From Octopus sinensis (Eukaryota), in the NCBI RefSeq assembly GCF_006345805.1, contig NC_043001.1, positions 12,586,001 to 12,650,000 on the forward strand: 64,000 nucleotides of DNA, read 5' to 3'. Shown here in pieces: positions 25,718 to 38,790 of this stretch. Numbering within the stretch: position 1 is the stretch's first letter; each line of letters begins with the position of its first letter. The notes below the pieces were generated by a model. The model did no database searches. It was not told the DNA's origin and was given only the letters and a program-made list of their open reading frames with translations. The translations under genes were made by a program, and so were the position numbers.

Positions 25718-25722
<5 letters not shown>
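25526..25722. repeat. Hairpin with 60-bp arms and a 15-nt loop, between (TA)n arrays; contains a truncated hammerhead
   Basis: Arms at 25588-25647 and 25663-25722. The minus strand reads GATGA-ACG gcta CGT-GAAAC tcaga GTA-acagg. Confidence 0.85.
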
Positions 25723-25781
<59 letters not shown>

Positions 25782-25836
25782 ATATATATAATATATATAT
25801 ATATGTATATATATATATAATAATATATATATACAT

Positions 25837-25867
<31 letters not shown>

Positions 25868-26293
25868 TGTATATATATATATATACATTATATTTAATAT
25901 ATAATATATATATATACATTTATGCAAAATGATTGGCAACACGCCAGGCACTGGGTCATTTAGGGTATTGTGTAGCGCCCAGTCATCGTATGTCACGTAT
26001 CAGGAGCTCAGTGACTTTCGTTTGTTTGCTGTAGCGTAGTGAATGGACGAATACATCGAGAACAACAACTGAACAAACTTGATTAGTAAAGAAAGTAGCT
26101 TTCAAGCAGTACTGCGGCAGGTCGGATCTGATGTCATTCACAGGCATTTTCATACTGTCAGTCGTTGCTTGCGCAAATGATGAGTAGTTCGTTCCTTTAG
26201 GAAAAGTCTTACTCCATGAATATGTGTGATTTAATTGGAACAATGTTAGTAAAATATATATCTTTCCGAATTACATTTGGTACAACCTTCCAA

Positions 26294-26365
<72 letters not shown>

Positions 26366-26394
26366 TATATATATATGTATATAATATATATATA

Positions 26395-26426
<32 letters not shown>

Positions 26427-26481
26427 TATAATATATATATATATATATATGTATGTATAATATATATATGTGTATGTATAT

Positions 26482-26547
<66 letters not shown>

Positions 26548-26557
26548 GTATAATATA

Positions 26558-26589
<32 letters not shown>

Positions 26590-26593
<4 letters not shown>

Positions 26594-29500
26594 AAAAAAT
26601 GAAGTTCGAAAATGCTGCTATATTATGCAATTTTTATTTTATATATACTTATAAACATGTTTCAGTTCCTGAAATGAACCTTATCAAAAAAGTTATATAT
26701 AAAAAAAGATAGTTCATGCTATCATCACAAGAAATTCATCTATAATACACAACGGTGTCAGACACATAAAGTTCATAATATAGTTTGAAGTGAGTTCGTT
26801 CATGCTATATGTTTAAAGTGCACGATGCAGCGGTCACGGTGGTGACATGCATCCAATACAAAAACAGATCAAAGCGGCGATATTTAGTCAATACAAAAAA
26901 CTGATGTTCCTGAAAGAGAAAGGAATTCATTTTTACCTTGAGCAACTGTGGTGTTCGCTGGATGATTCTGGCGAATCTTGTGAATTGTTCAGGTTTTTTA
27001 ACACTGGTCAGTCCAGCGTAACGTGACGTCATCAGCGTTTTGACCAATCGTTTCGTTAGGTGGCTTAGTCAAGCAGAACGGGACGTCATCAACATTCTGA
27101 CCAATCGTGACGTATCGCTGTATTATAACTGCCTCTTGTCTGTTTCCTGTTTTGACCAATCGTTTCGTTAGGTGGCTTAGTCAAGCAGAACGGGACGTCA
27201 TCAAAATTCTGACCAATCACGACTTATAGCTGTATTAGATCTGCCCCTTGTCTGTACCTGTTAGGTGACTAGTCAAGCAGAAAAGGACGTCATCAATATT
27301 CTGACTAATCTCTGTCCCTTGTCTGTATCCTGTTCAGTCTAGCAGAATTAGACGTCATCAACGTGTTGACCAATCAGAATCGGGTCTGACCCTTAGCTGT
27401 ATCGTATGTGGTCAGTCCATCAGGGTTAGATTTGTACGAAGAGATCTTTTTATAAATTTTTTTCCCCTTTTTTCCTAAGGTATATTTCCGTCAGTGTGAA
27501 TGACTGTTTAAGGTAGCGGCCGTGGTGGAATTTTGCTTCTCCTTTTCGGAGGACCTATCTTTTTTTTAATATTCCTGGCCCAGGGTGTTTAAACTTGGTT
27601 TAAATTTTTTTATGAAATGCAGTTCTTTATTTTGGCGTTGCGTGAAGGTTGCGTTGTCACTGAATTTATAGAGCGGGTTAGTTGTAAATTTCGGATTTAC
27701 ATTTCCAGCACATCTATCTATGTGTCCGCTGACCGGTATTTTCCGGTAATCAGGGTTTCTAATTTGTGATTTTTATGCACCGACATCCTGTTACGTAAGC
27801 TATTTTTTGTATGGCCTATATACTGCCTATTGCAGCCTGCGCATGTTTGACGTAAATTAAGTTCTGATGCGCAGGTGAAGTTTGTTCTAATGGTGAACTG
27901 GTGGCCTTGTTCCAGTAAAAATTCTGATCCTTCTTTCAAGATGTCGCAGATTCCGCAGTTGAGCCTTCCACATTTTCTAACTGCTTGTTTTGTGGTTGAT
28001 GTTGGTGCAGTGTAGCTTGGGTTAAAATCCTTTTCAAGGATTTTGGTTGCCGTTTACTTTTAATGATGGTGTGTGTTTCGAGGATCCGGTCATCTTTGGG
28101 TCTCCCTTAAGTAGGGCTGGCTTTGTAGTATGGTGTTGAAGGCCTCATTGTTGAGTGGGTTGTGTGGTAGAGATGTAGGGAAGGGTTTTTAATGTTCTTT
28201 CTTTTTTGGTTTTGTTTGTCTCAGGTCTTCTATACTTAATTTAAGTACCCGTTGGATTGCACTGTCTATTAGGGGCTGTGGATAATTTCTATTTGTGAGT
28301 GTGGTTCTAAGTTCCTGGAGACGTGTGTGTCGGGTGTTTGTGTCTGATATTATGGTGCAAATCCTTCTAGCTAAACAAAAATGGATATTCATTCTAGTGT
28401 GTCGTGGGTGGCATGAATCAAAGGGTAGGTACTGTTTGGAGTCTGTCGGTTTATAATAGATATTTGTCTCTATTTTGTTGCCGGTTTTCTTAATGAGGAT
28501 GTCTAAAAATGGTAATTCTTTTTCGTTGTGGTCCATCGTGAATTGTATATTGTCATTTATTCATTTAATAGTATTTTAAATTCCTCAAGTTTTTCTATAC
28601 CTTTGTCCCAGATGATGAAACAGTCATCGAGGTATCTTTTTCCAGTTTTATGGATATAGGTGGCGAAGGTGTTTCCATATTCTATGTTCTCGAGTGTTAT
28701 CCGGTAGAGTATTTTCTCGAGGTATCCCATCACTAGGTTGGCAAAAGATGGTGCAGTACGCGAGCCCATCGCTGTTCTCGATCTTTGTCTGTAGAAATAT
28801 TGTCAAAAAATAAAATAATTGTTCTCTAAAATAAATCTAAGTCCTTCTATTATAAGGTCTTTGTTTATGCGAGTTGGGGAGTCAAAGGGGTAGTTATTCA
28901 GCCAGAAGGTGATCGCTTCTATCCTAGGTGTGGGGGATGTTAGAATAAAGATTAACTACGTCGAATGATACTAGAAGGGTTTTCTCATTGACTTTTAGGG
29001 AGGTGGTTGAGCATATCTATATCGTCTCTTACGTAGCTTTTGATGTGTTTTAGGAAAGGTTTAAGAAGTGTGTCTAAGAAATTGCTGAGGCGGTGGGTTT
29101 CACATGCTGGTCCTACTATTATCGGTCTTAGTTTATGATCATTTGGTGAAGGGATTTTGATGAGTATGTCGGTGGATGTTTTGCACGTTTCTCTAATTAT
29201 TTGGCTTTTGTGTACCTTAGGGATACCATAGAACAAACGCGATTTGCATTTGAAATTAGTGATGTATTCATACTCCTTGTTCGTGAGTCCTTCTTGGTAT
29301 GTGTTGATTAATGTCCTGAGGTTATGCATTATTTTTTGCTGATTATACTGTTGGGCCCTTTCATAATACGTTTCATCTCTTAATAGGGATAGCACTAAAT
29401 TTTTATAATCGTTTGTATTCATTATTACTATCGCGTTGCCCTTATCTGCCTCCTTAATTGTTATTGTTTTGTCTTCTCTTAGTTTGATGAGGTCGTTCCA

Positions 29501-29852
29501 TTCTCTTTTGTTGAAGTTAGGGCTGTGTTTTTGTTTCTTGATGTATTGACTACATATCGCCGCTTTGATCTGTTTTTTGTATTGGATGCATGTCACCACC
29601 GTGAACCGCTGCATCATGCACGTTCAACATATAGCATGAACGAACTCACTTCAAACTATATATATGAACTTTATGATGTCTGACACCGTTGTGTATTATA
29701 AATGAATTCTTGTGATTGATAGCATGAACTATCTTTTTTTATATAACTTTTTTGATAAGGTTCATTTCAGGAACTGAAACATGTTATAATGTTATATAAA
29801 TAAAAAAATTGCATAATATAGCAGCATTTTCGAACTTCATTTTTACAAATAT
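26590..29852 (-). mobile_element. 5'-truncated Penelope-like element (RT + GIY-YIG) with 3' pLTR and an inverted pLTR copy at the 5' end
   Basis: RT motifs IKEADKGNAIVIM, LFYGIPKVHK, LRPII, MGSRTAPSFANL, RYLDDCF and LPFLDI. EN motif CAGCNRQYIGHTKNSLRNRMSVH. 26590-26910 is the reverse complement of 29530-29852. Confidence 0.92.
27020..27400. repeat. Degenerate tandem array of GACGTCA and CCAAT motifs in the PLE 3' region
   Basis: About 5 gacgtcatca and about 5 gaccaatc occurrences within repeated ~60-110-bp units. Confidence 0.8.
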
Positions 29853-29932
29853 ATACCTACTCGTATACGAGCTAATCCTATTATAATATATATATATATA
29901 TATATAGATATATATATTATAATATATAATAT

Positions 29933-29966
<34 letters not shown>

Positions 29967-29984
29967 AAGAGTAAAGAGTATATA

Positions 29985-30465
29985 TAACTAAAAATAAGGG
30001 TGTCTGAGAGACACCACCATGCCGAAATAGCAGTCAAAACCATGACTTTAAAAACTACATTAAATATTCATATCGTACCATGAGATAAGACAGAGGGACA
30101 AAATAGACTAGCAAAAACTATTATTGAACAATTCAAGATCCAGGATTTCTGGTTTTGCTTTAAATAAGCTTTACCGTCATCGGTTGAATATATCAAAAGT
30201 ACATAAATACAGATGTATATATGCAGAACAAACGTTATACTTACATATACGAACGTCCATACATACATATATATGCACGTATCCATAATGTCAGTTAAAT
30301 TGCCCGCCAAAACACCTCATAAGCACGATATTTTTTGCTAGTCTGTTTTGTCCCTCTGTCTTATCTCATGGTACGATATGAACATTTAACGTGGTTTTTA
30401 AAGTCAGGGTTTTGACTGCTATTTCGGCATGGTGGTGTCTCTTAGACACCCTTATTTTTAGTTGT
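29985..30465. repeat. Inverted-repeat element with ~135-bp arms (MITE or fold-back)
   Basis: ctaaaaataagggtgtctgagagacaccaccatgccgaaatagcagtcaaaacc...gactagcaaaaa is reverse-complemented at ~30330-30462. A diverged relative lies near 14260-14340. Confidence 0.85.
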
Positions 30466-30608
30466 AAAAAAATTATTACCTTTGTACGCTATTTTCTCCC
30501 ATGCTGGCCACTTGATAATATCGATATTATCCTTATTATATATATATATATATATAATGATATATATATATATATGTATGTTAAATATATATATGTGTAT
30601 ATATATAT

Positions 30609-30671
<63 letters not shown>

Positions 30672-31149
30672 CATATATATATATCACAATAACCAACAAG
30701 GATATCCAGAGGTAACTAAGTACGATCGTTTCTAGCAGCACTCCATGTAATTGAACAATGCAACCACTACATGAATTGAAATGCAGAGCAATCCTCAGCT
30801 GCATAATGACAGAATTTAATTAAATTAAACTGATGGCCACATTAGTATCATTTTCCTAAAATCTCCACTCTACTCTCTCTGTCTCCTTGTAGCCCAGCCC
30901 ATTTTCTCTACAAATATTAGGGATAAAAACACATTGAAACACCTCACAAGCGGAGCGTGCAAGCTAGTAGCCACAGTGTTTTGATTTGATGTCACCGATT
31001 CAATGTCAGATTCCGACACCGCCCTATCACCACAGCTGGAATTATGAAGAGAAAACTTCAATATTCAAAAGGATGCTTGTTTCTATATCGGAACAGAACT
31101 ATACATATGGAGGCTTTCGATTAAAACGAGATATTTAGCATGAAAATAT

Positions 31150-31750
31150 TTGTATAAATTCGGATTATCGTAGTTGATGAGATACAAAAATATCCATTAC
31201 TGAAACATTCATTGTGTAAGAGTTTCAAGGAAATTAAATCCATTTACACAAGAAGAAACTTATAGGGAAACAAATATAATTATGTTTATCAATTTTGTAC
31301 TCGCCTATTATTCAAAACTGCGATGTAATATAACTCCTAACTGCAAGAAAGGTATCGTAATCCGGCATGAAATATTAAATAAGCAACAAGAGTTACATCG
31401 TGATAGATATGTACATTTTAAATCATTATTATTTCAGCTTTACACGCATAAGACTTACGGACAAAGGACATCATCGTATTTGTGATGCAGGCAATACTGC
31501 ATAATTATTACATCTCTGGAGAGAAATCACATAAAATTTGGCTTTTGATAATTAATTCTGAGGAAGACATTCATACAATCAAACATTCTATACGTGGCAT
31601 TACTTACAGTTCTCGTCTCGGATAAAGCGTATAAACAAACACATGTATATGACAAACCGAGGAATTAAGAATACAACACAATTATGGGGAGTGGAAGAAC
31701 GATTACTGTGGTGACAACTACAAATCTAATTTCACGCTATGATTTCTAAT
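31150..31750 (-). pseudogene. Possible decayed GPCR fragment (TM4-TM7-like)
   Basis: FVVVTTVIVLPLPIIVLY, CITNTMMSFVRKS, ISITM*LLLLI*YFMP and IIIFVSL*VSSCVNGF in plausible order. By eye only. Confidence 0.22.
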
Positions 31751-31879
31751 TACACCGAACTTGCCTTAGGTTTCAGAAATACGAAGCCACAGACCTTGCC
31801 TCGCTTCAAAGGATTTTTTCGAAAATAAAGTACCACTTAAGTACTAGCACCGAAACCTTGAAGATATGTAAGATGACAG

Positions 31880-32080
31880 AAGCAGTTGGAGAACGCATAT
31901 AGTTGCATATCTTGGCATGCTCATATGTATTCAAAAATAAAATTCTGGAAAGATTTACAGATATTTATATTTCAAGTGATGGATTGGATCTGTAGTCTTC
32001 CAATCAGATTTACTCTTTCTGGTTTTGAGGAGCGGAATTTCTCAACAGTTTTATTTGTATGAAAAGACATTTTCATCTTT
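31880..32080 (-). mobile_element. Short 3' fragment of the RLE-type LINE
   Basis: Reverse complement of ~900-1040 (aatatctgtaaatctttccagaatttt...gagcatgccaagatatgcaactatatgcgttctc). Confidence 0.7.
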
Positions 32081-33229
32081 TGGTCAAAACTTGCAGTTTT
32101 CAACCTATTCGTTTTCTGACAGTTTTTTGCTTCCGTTTTTAATATAGAACTTTTTTTAAAATAATTTAAGAGAAATACAGAATATATTGTAGAGTGAGAA
32201 ATCGATCTAACATATCTAGCTATGATCCGATACATACTTTGTAAAAATGATGAATTTTGACTTTCTATTGTTCCTGGGCGGATAAATCAGGTATTGTTTA
32301 ATAGAAATTCAGTTAAATAAAGCCAGTTCTACTCTTTTCATTACTCAATTTGTTCTGGGGCAGTAAACGAAGTTATTAGAATTAGTGTGTATATTCTATA
32401 TTTTGGAAAAAAAAAGAAAAAAGAACAAAGAATAAAAGGAAAAAAGGAAGAAAGTCGCAGTTTTGTTGGAGCTTCCTTGTTTCTCTGTTCTGTAAAACCG
32501 AAATCGATGTATTTTAGAATACTGTCCAAAATATACAAGAAAATGTTTGCTTTTCATGATCAAAGCATTTTAAATCATTTTCCAGAGAATGTACTTGCAG
32601 AAAATATAAAACGATATTTGATACCAATTCCTGATTTCATAAATTCCCAGACGCACGCACCAACACACCCATACACACATACACACACAAACATATATAC
32701 GTAAAAGAAAACACTACATTGGTCGCTGACTATTTTTGTTCATTAAATGGAGACTAATTATATGATAGGGTCAACTCCATGACATACAATTCATTCTTGC
32801 TTTAATATAAATCTTTCCTTACTTTCTCACTAACATATTCGTTCAATTAAATTATTTTTAATAATTTGCATTGCATGTCACGGAATTTTTGCATAATTTA
32901 AACATACATGTGGTATATGTCCCCAGCATTTGTAATCGTTTACCATATATTAAAGCATGCTTCAATGAAAATTTCTTAAGATTAATATGAATTCCCATGG
33001 ATGATATTCGTTTACCAGGCTAGCAGAGAAATTATAATTATTTATGTTTCCCTTCATAATCATGTTAAAGTTTGCTTAGTGAGATATTCAAAAGCGTGGG
33101 CAGAGTCAAATTACATCTTATTTTCCGTTAGTCATCCACATTTTTTTTTATCTTGGTCACTAATTCCGAACTACCATCCATGTGTGTATGTAGGTCATTA
33201 TTTAGTTTTTTCATGATTTTTTTTCCAGT

Positions 33230-33305
33230 AGCGAAAGAGCCGGTTTCTAACGTAGACCCAAGTTTCCTTCATTGGAACTTCAACATCGACAACAAGGTAT
33301 TTTTG

Positions 33306-33336
<31 letters not shown>

Positions 33337-34010
33337 GTGTATGTATGTATGTATGTATGTTTGTCATTATACAGTTTATTTCAAGCTTTCTTGCAAATAG
33401 AGAAAAAAACCGGTTTCTAACCATGATCGAAGGTTCCTTCATTAGAATTTCAACATCAACAACATGGTATTTTGTTTGTTTGTTTGTTTGTTTTTTTTGT
33501 ATGTATGTATGTATGTATATGTGTGTATATATATGCATGTATATGTGTGTATATATGTATGTGCAAATTTGTGTTTTGCGTATGTATTCTCATGCATATA
33601 GATGCATATGTATATATGTATGTATGTAGGTCATTATTAACTTTTATTTCAAGATTTCTTGCTAAAAGAGAACGGACCGGTTTCAAAACTAGATCCAAGG
33701 CTCTTTCATTGGAATTTCAACATAAACAACAGGCTACTTTTGTTTGGTTCGTGTATATGTATGTATGCACGTATGGATGGATGGATGGATGGATGGATGG
33801 ATGGATGGATGAATTGATGGAAGGATGTGGAGCAGATTTGCATGCTTTATGCATCTATTCTCATGCATATAGTTGCATATCTTGTCATGCACATATTTAT
33901 TCAAATGACAAAATTCTGGAAAGACTTACAGATATTTATTTTTCAAGTGATAGATTGCATCTGTAGTCTTGGAATCAGATTTCTTCTTTACTGGTTTTAA
34001 GGAACGTAAT
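33230..34010 (-). mobile_element. 3' end of the RLE-type LINE with three ~125-bp tandem units separated by (TACA)n
   Basis: ICKSFQNF C-terminus and the same 3' UTR and repeat units as 900-1465. Confidence 0.8.
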
Positions 34011-35284
34011 TTCATAGTCGTCGCATTTAGACTGGTATTTAGTATTTAGGTATGTATGTATCTATCTATCTACCTATCTATTTATCTCTCTCTTTCTCAC
34101 TCTTCCATGTATATATGTATATATATATATATATTATATATATATATATTTATTATAGATATATTATATATATATATATATATAACGTACATATATACAT
34201 ACCTATTCACTTATCTTTCTATCTATCTACCTATCTCCCTACCTACTTACCTACCTATCTATCTACCTACCTGCTTATGTATCTATTCTTCTGCTCTATA
34301 CCATATATCCTCGCATCGTGTGGTCAGCATTTATTCCTTGACGTCTCCAACGTCGACTCCCTTATACTTTTAATGAGGTTTTAGTTATTGATGGCAATTA
34401 CGGTATGATTAGTTACGGAGATTGTACGGTAGCATTCTGCTTGTACTTTCATTTGTTGGTGGTGTGACGTTGCTGCCAATAATATTTCGGTGTTTGTAGT
34501 TCGTCCTAGCTTTATGTTTAACAATCGGATCTTAAGAGAGAAATTACGCTCATTTCTTTTCGAGGTACACATAGATTTACTTTTACCGTAATTTCCCTTC
34601 ACTAAGACCCATATTTCTATTTTCAGTTTGCCTTCTTACGCTTCCTCAAAATCCAGCTCATTCAACGTCAATCAATTAAGATTATATTCTCTCTCACGTA
34701 AACATGTATAAATTAATAGTCGATATAATTGTTGTTTGGTTGGTTGCTTGGCTGAGTTCTCAGTAATAGCTTACATCGTAAAGCGAGAGAGAGAGAGAGA
34801 GAGAAAACACAAACATAGCGATAGAGTAAACATGAGTTGCAAGATGACTACACATATATTTGTAGTGAGAGCGAGAGGGAGACAAAGAGAAGCAGAGTGA
34901 GCGAGAGAAGTCCAGTTTGCTGTCCAACTTCCATTTTGATTCATGCAACTATCTGGAAAACTACTCGATTTTCAAACCATTAAAGGTCATAATTCAACTA
35001 TAAATATCATTTGTAATTTTTGACAATCTCTTTACCCTTTGCGGTTCATTTATCATATTTCTCCTACAATATAGCTTATTTTTATTCATACTTGGACACC
35101 ACTGTGAAGATAAACTACATAACAAGCTGTTATATCGCAATACTACACAGTGGTTGTGTGTGCTACGGAATCTTTGTCGCCATTGTTACGTCGCAATACT
35201 ACACAGTGGCTGCGTGAGCATCTCATCCTCGTCGTCACTGTTATGTCACACGTTCGGATGCCTTCCACTCAAATTTTCTCGGTT

Positions 35285-37270
35285 CCTTTATTAGCCACAA
35301 GGGCCCAAACATAGAGGGGGACAAACAAGGACAGAGAGAACACCAGAGAGGGGACAATACATAGAACGAATATGATGAGATGATTATACAATAATGGGGT
35401 TATGAATGGCTGCATGCGCCCCACCTCACATGCATTACCATTAATCTTTTTTAAACTTTCCGTTTTTATCATATATTTAACTAACGATTAATTATCGTCT
35501 ACCATTACTATTATTTGAACCATTATATGTTCTCTAAAATTGTTTTTCTATTTTCCGATATTATTAAACATAACATAAAACACTAACTCTTTCTGTTCTT
35601 CTTTTTTTTTCCTCCTTTTTCTATTTCTCTTCTTTCTTTCCTGTCGCTTTGACATATTTATTTAATTTTTAGAAATATTTCATTAGTGGTTCGATTTCTA
35701 CTAAATCCACTTCTGGTAGCAATTCTTTGAATTCCACCCTTGTTCCTGATGGGTCGATATTATCTCCACACATTTCTTGTAGTCTTTTTTAAAATTCCCC
35801 TTCAATTAATATCGCCTTCATGTCCTCTGCATATATGTAGGCTTGTATCCTTACTCTTACTATTTGGTTGAACTTGAGTAATTTCTTCTCTGTTTCAATA
35901 TTCTTGGGTAGGTTACGTAATACCATACACCGTTCCCTTTAATTTTCTTTCCTTTAGTTTGACTTTCCTGTTCTCTTTTTTCCTCCTCCACTCTAAACAT
36001 TCTCTCTATCTCCGCTTCGGCCAGCTGAATTTCCGAATCCTTTTCTACCGGAGCTACTAGTATTTTCACTAGTAGTTCCACTTTCTTTTTACTTTCTTTC
36101 TCTGTCGGTTTTTTCCCCCTTCCTGCTGACCTCCTTCACGGTTTTTTTTCTCATATCTTCCCTCTTCTTTTTCTGTTTCTCTAGCGGAGAACCATTCCCT
36201 CCGCTCCTCCTTCTCTTTTTTTTTACAACAGTCATGTCATCATCTGTTTCCTTTGTTTCGACCTCCTCCACCTGGTCCGCGCTCTCCTGTCCCTCCACCC
36301 GCTATGCTGCTGCTCTTTCCGAGTGCACCACGCTTTCATGCGGCCCCTCTCACCACATCCAAAACATACAGGTGGCCTGGCCTCCACCTTCATCTCAATG
36401 CAAAGCCGCCAGGCAGCACCATCTCCTCCGCAATCCTATTCAAGTCGTCCACCGTTGCCTGGATAGTGAGCTCCATCCCATATCTCCAGCAGTCGAGCCT
36501 GCTGGCACCTGTGGGCCCCCAACGTCTTGGCCCCGTCTTTCATATTGAACATTACGGCTGTCATGAGCCATGCCTCTTCCAGTTTCGGGGGCACCTGGCC
36601 CAGCCGCACTCCGGCCACACACTTGCCGCAGCACGACGGCAAAAGCATCCACTCCTCCGATCCTAACGCCTCCGTTGGGTGCCTGATTGTCTCTTCCTCC
36701 GATGTGAAGCGCACATTCACGGTGACACATTTCCATCCTCCTGTTCTAAAAGTTGTTACCCCCCCCCAATATTCTTCAATACCACCTCCATCCCTTCCAC
36801 CGTCGCAATCTCCATCCTTCCTGTTGCAATTCTCACAGTTCCACACGTGACTGTTCGCTTCGTTATGCTGTCTATCAGCTCCGCAGGTGACGCCAACTTC
36901 AACGCCTCGCCCTCCCTCTCCAGCAGCCCCTCGCATGCTTCTACTTTTCCAGGTTCGACCCTGATTACGAAGGTCTCCAGCGTTCCATCTTCAACTCCTC
37001 TTCCAGTTGCGGCCGCACAACCTGGCCGCCCGCTGGCACCCCCTCCACTCTCCTTAATGGTAAAAATCACCACAACAACAATAATTAACAATATTAATAA
37101 ACAGCAACAACGAACAATTATTCAACGCTCCACTCACAAAAAAAAACACTACGTTTTGGACAACTTCAAAAACAACACCTACTACCCTGCTCTTCTCTCG
37201 ACGTCTAGACTTCTCCCTCTATATCTACGTATTGGGCTAGCCTACTTCATCGTCTGGAGGAAATTATGAA
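35285..37270 (-). mobile_element. Non-LTR element with a gag-like ORF1 (CCHC knuckle) and no ORF2; Tx1/L1-like by inference
   Basis: Frameshifted ORFs 36756-37091 and 36436-36936, then EARPPVCFGCGERGRMKAWC and a K/E/R-rich tail. The 3' end gtccttgtttgtcccctctatgtttgggcccttgtggctaataaag matches the SINE C tail. Confidence 0.6.
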
Positions 37271-37558
37271 ATATGGCAACGATAGGATTTCAGGGCAGTA
37301 TATTCCGATTATATTGATAATATTACAAAAATAATTATTATATACGTTTATTGCAAATATATATATGAGAAACTTGCGACAATTAATTTATTTTTAGGTA
37401 ATAATTATCTTTTCTATTGAAATTTAACTTGATTTACATCGTTCTGTATAAGTAGCAAAAAGTTTGATAAGTGTTAACTTATAATTATTATCTATTATCC
37501 ATAGTTGCCGATATTACTCAGATGTGGCAAAAGTATACATTCAAATTATACGACGGTG

Positions 37559-37607
<49 letters not shown>

Positions 37608-38005
37608 TATATATTTGCCCCTTGTGGGTAGTAAAAAAATATATATATATATTAAGGACAACAACATAACTTTCAAGCTGGATTGGTCCATATTGTCCGT
37701 ATCCTTTCCTTTTGATAAGTGCAGGAAATATTGTGGCATTTGTAATTCTGAACTCTTCTATATCCTTTTCGCCAAGTTCCCCTTGGTTAACACATTAATA
37801 GAAAAATCCTATAAATGTAAGCATTGGTAAAAACACACTTTCCACTCATATGAATGATAAATAATATAGATAACCTCTTTGGTTTTAATAATTGGTTTTT
37901 CGTCTACAACCATGACATAGACAAATTCGTTTATGTCAACTACGTTGCATGAAACATTACTACTAAATATCCCTGGAGTATGTTTATCTATTCATCTCTA
38001 CCTCT

Positions 38006-38040
<35 letters not shown>

Positions 38041-38403
38041 TACGCTCAATCAAAAACACAGACACAAATTTGTCACCTCACTACTAAATATATTTGACAA
38101 TTGTCCCCACCACACACACAATTACACACACACACACACATAGACACAAATGCAGTTATATACACACACTCATACACACACATAAACAATCAAACTCATT
38201 AACAAGAGCAAACACCCGCGCATCTCCATACATACAGCATACATACTGCCCCCTTCTTATTTTCATAACTTCCTCCTTCCAACCAATTTTGACGTCATTG
38301 CTTATAACGGATTTTTAAAAAAACACTCATTATCACTGTGGACACCATGTAGGCAGTCATAAAAAAGTTTTTGTACATCTTGAGGCTGATAGAGGTTCAT
38401 TGT

Positions 38404-38486
38404 CTTTCCTGATGAGAAGACGGCATAATGCACCCTTTATTCCTTCGGAATTGAGAGTATGCAGTCTTCGAAACATGTGTTGAGAG
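38404..38486 (+). ncRNA. Type I hammerhead ribozyme motif with intact core and extended helix II
   Basis: CTTTC-CTGATGA-GAAGAC...GTCTTC-GAAAC atgt GTT-GAGAG. Helix I is CTTTC/GAGAG; helix II is GAAGAC/GTCTTC plus GCATA/TATGC. Confidence 0.75.
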
Positions 38487-38524
38487 TAAAGGAATTTTGT
38501 TAAAATCTTCGTTCGACTACATTC

Positions 38525-38790
38525 TTTCATTTATTCATATATATATGAACAAGTGTGTTTGATGTCGCTAGACTCATTTGAATCTCCTGCCGTGCGGCAG
38601 GTTCATTTGGGATTCTCGACAGGAAAAGATCTAGTTTTGATTTGGAAACACCTACATCTACTTTGTGTAGGTCCCTCAGGCTCTTTGGGTGAATATTATA
38701 AAGCTGCGGCCCCTGGAACACAGCCTGTTGCAGTAACTGGCACGATGGCATTGCTTGGATCTTTGGGACGCTGTAGTCACGACCAGTTCT
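38525..38790 (-). mobile_element. CR1/L2 LINE 3' fragment, same family as 8385-11330
   Basis: FQGPQLYNIHPKSLRDLHKVDVGVSKSKLDLFLSRIPNEP corresponds to ~8480-8700. Confidence 0.8.

Noticed and set aside
30700-30800. Minus-strand CTGAGGA...GAAAC GATC GTA hammerhead-like motif
   Set aside because: Helix I and the base of helix II pair poorly, so it is too degenerate to call.
36253-37269. Long plus-strand ORFs (137, 107 and 196 aa)
   Set aside because: Antisense shadows of the GC-rich minus-strand ORF1, with Ser/Pro-rich composition and no motif.
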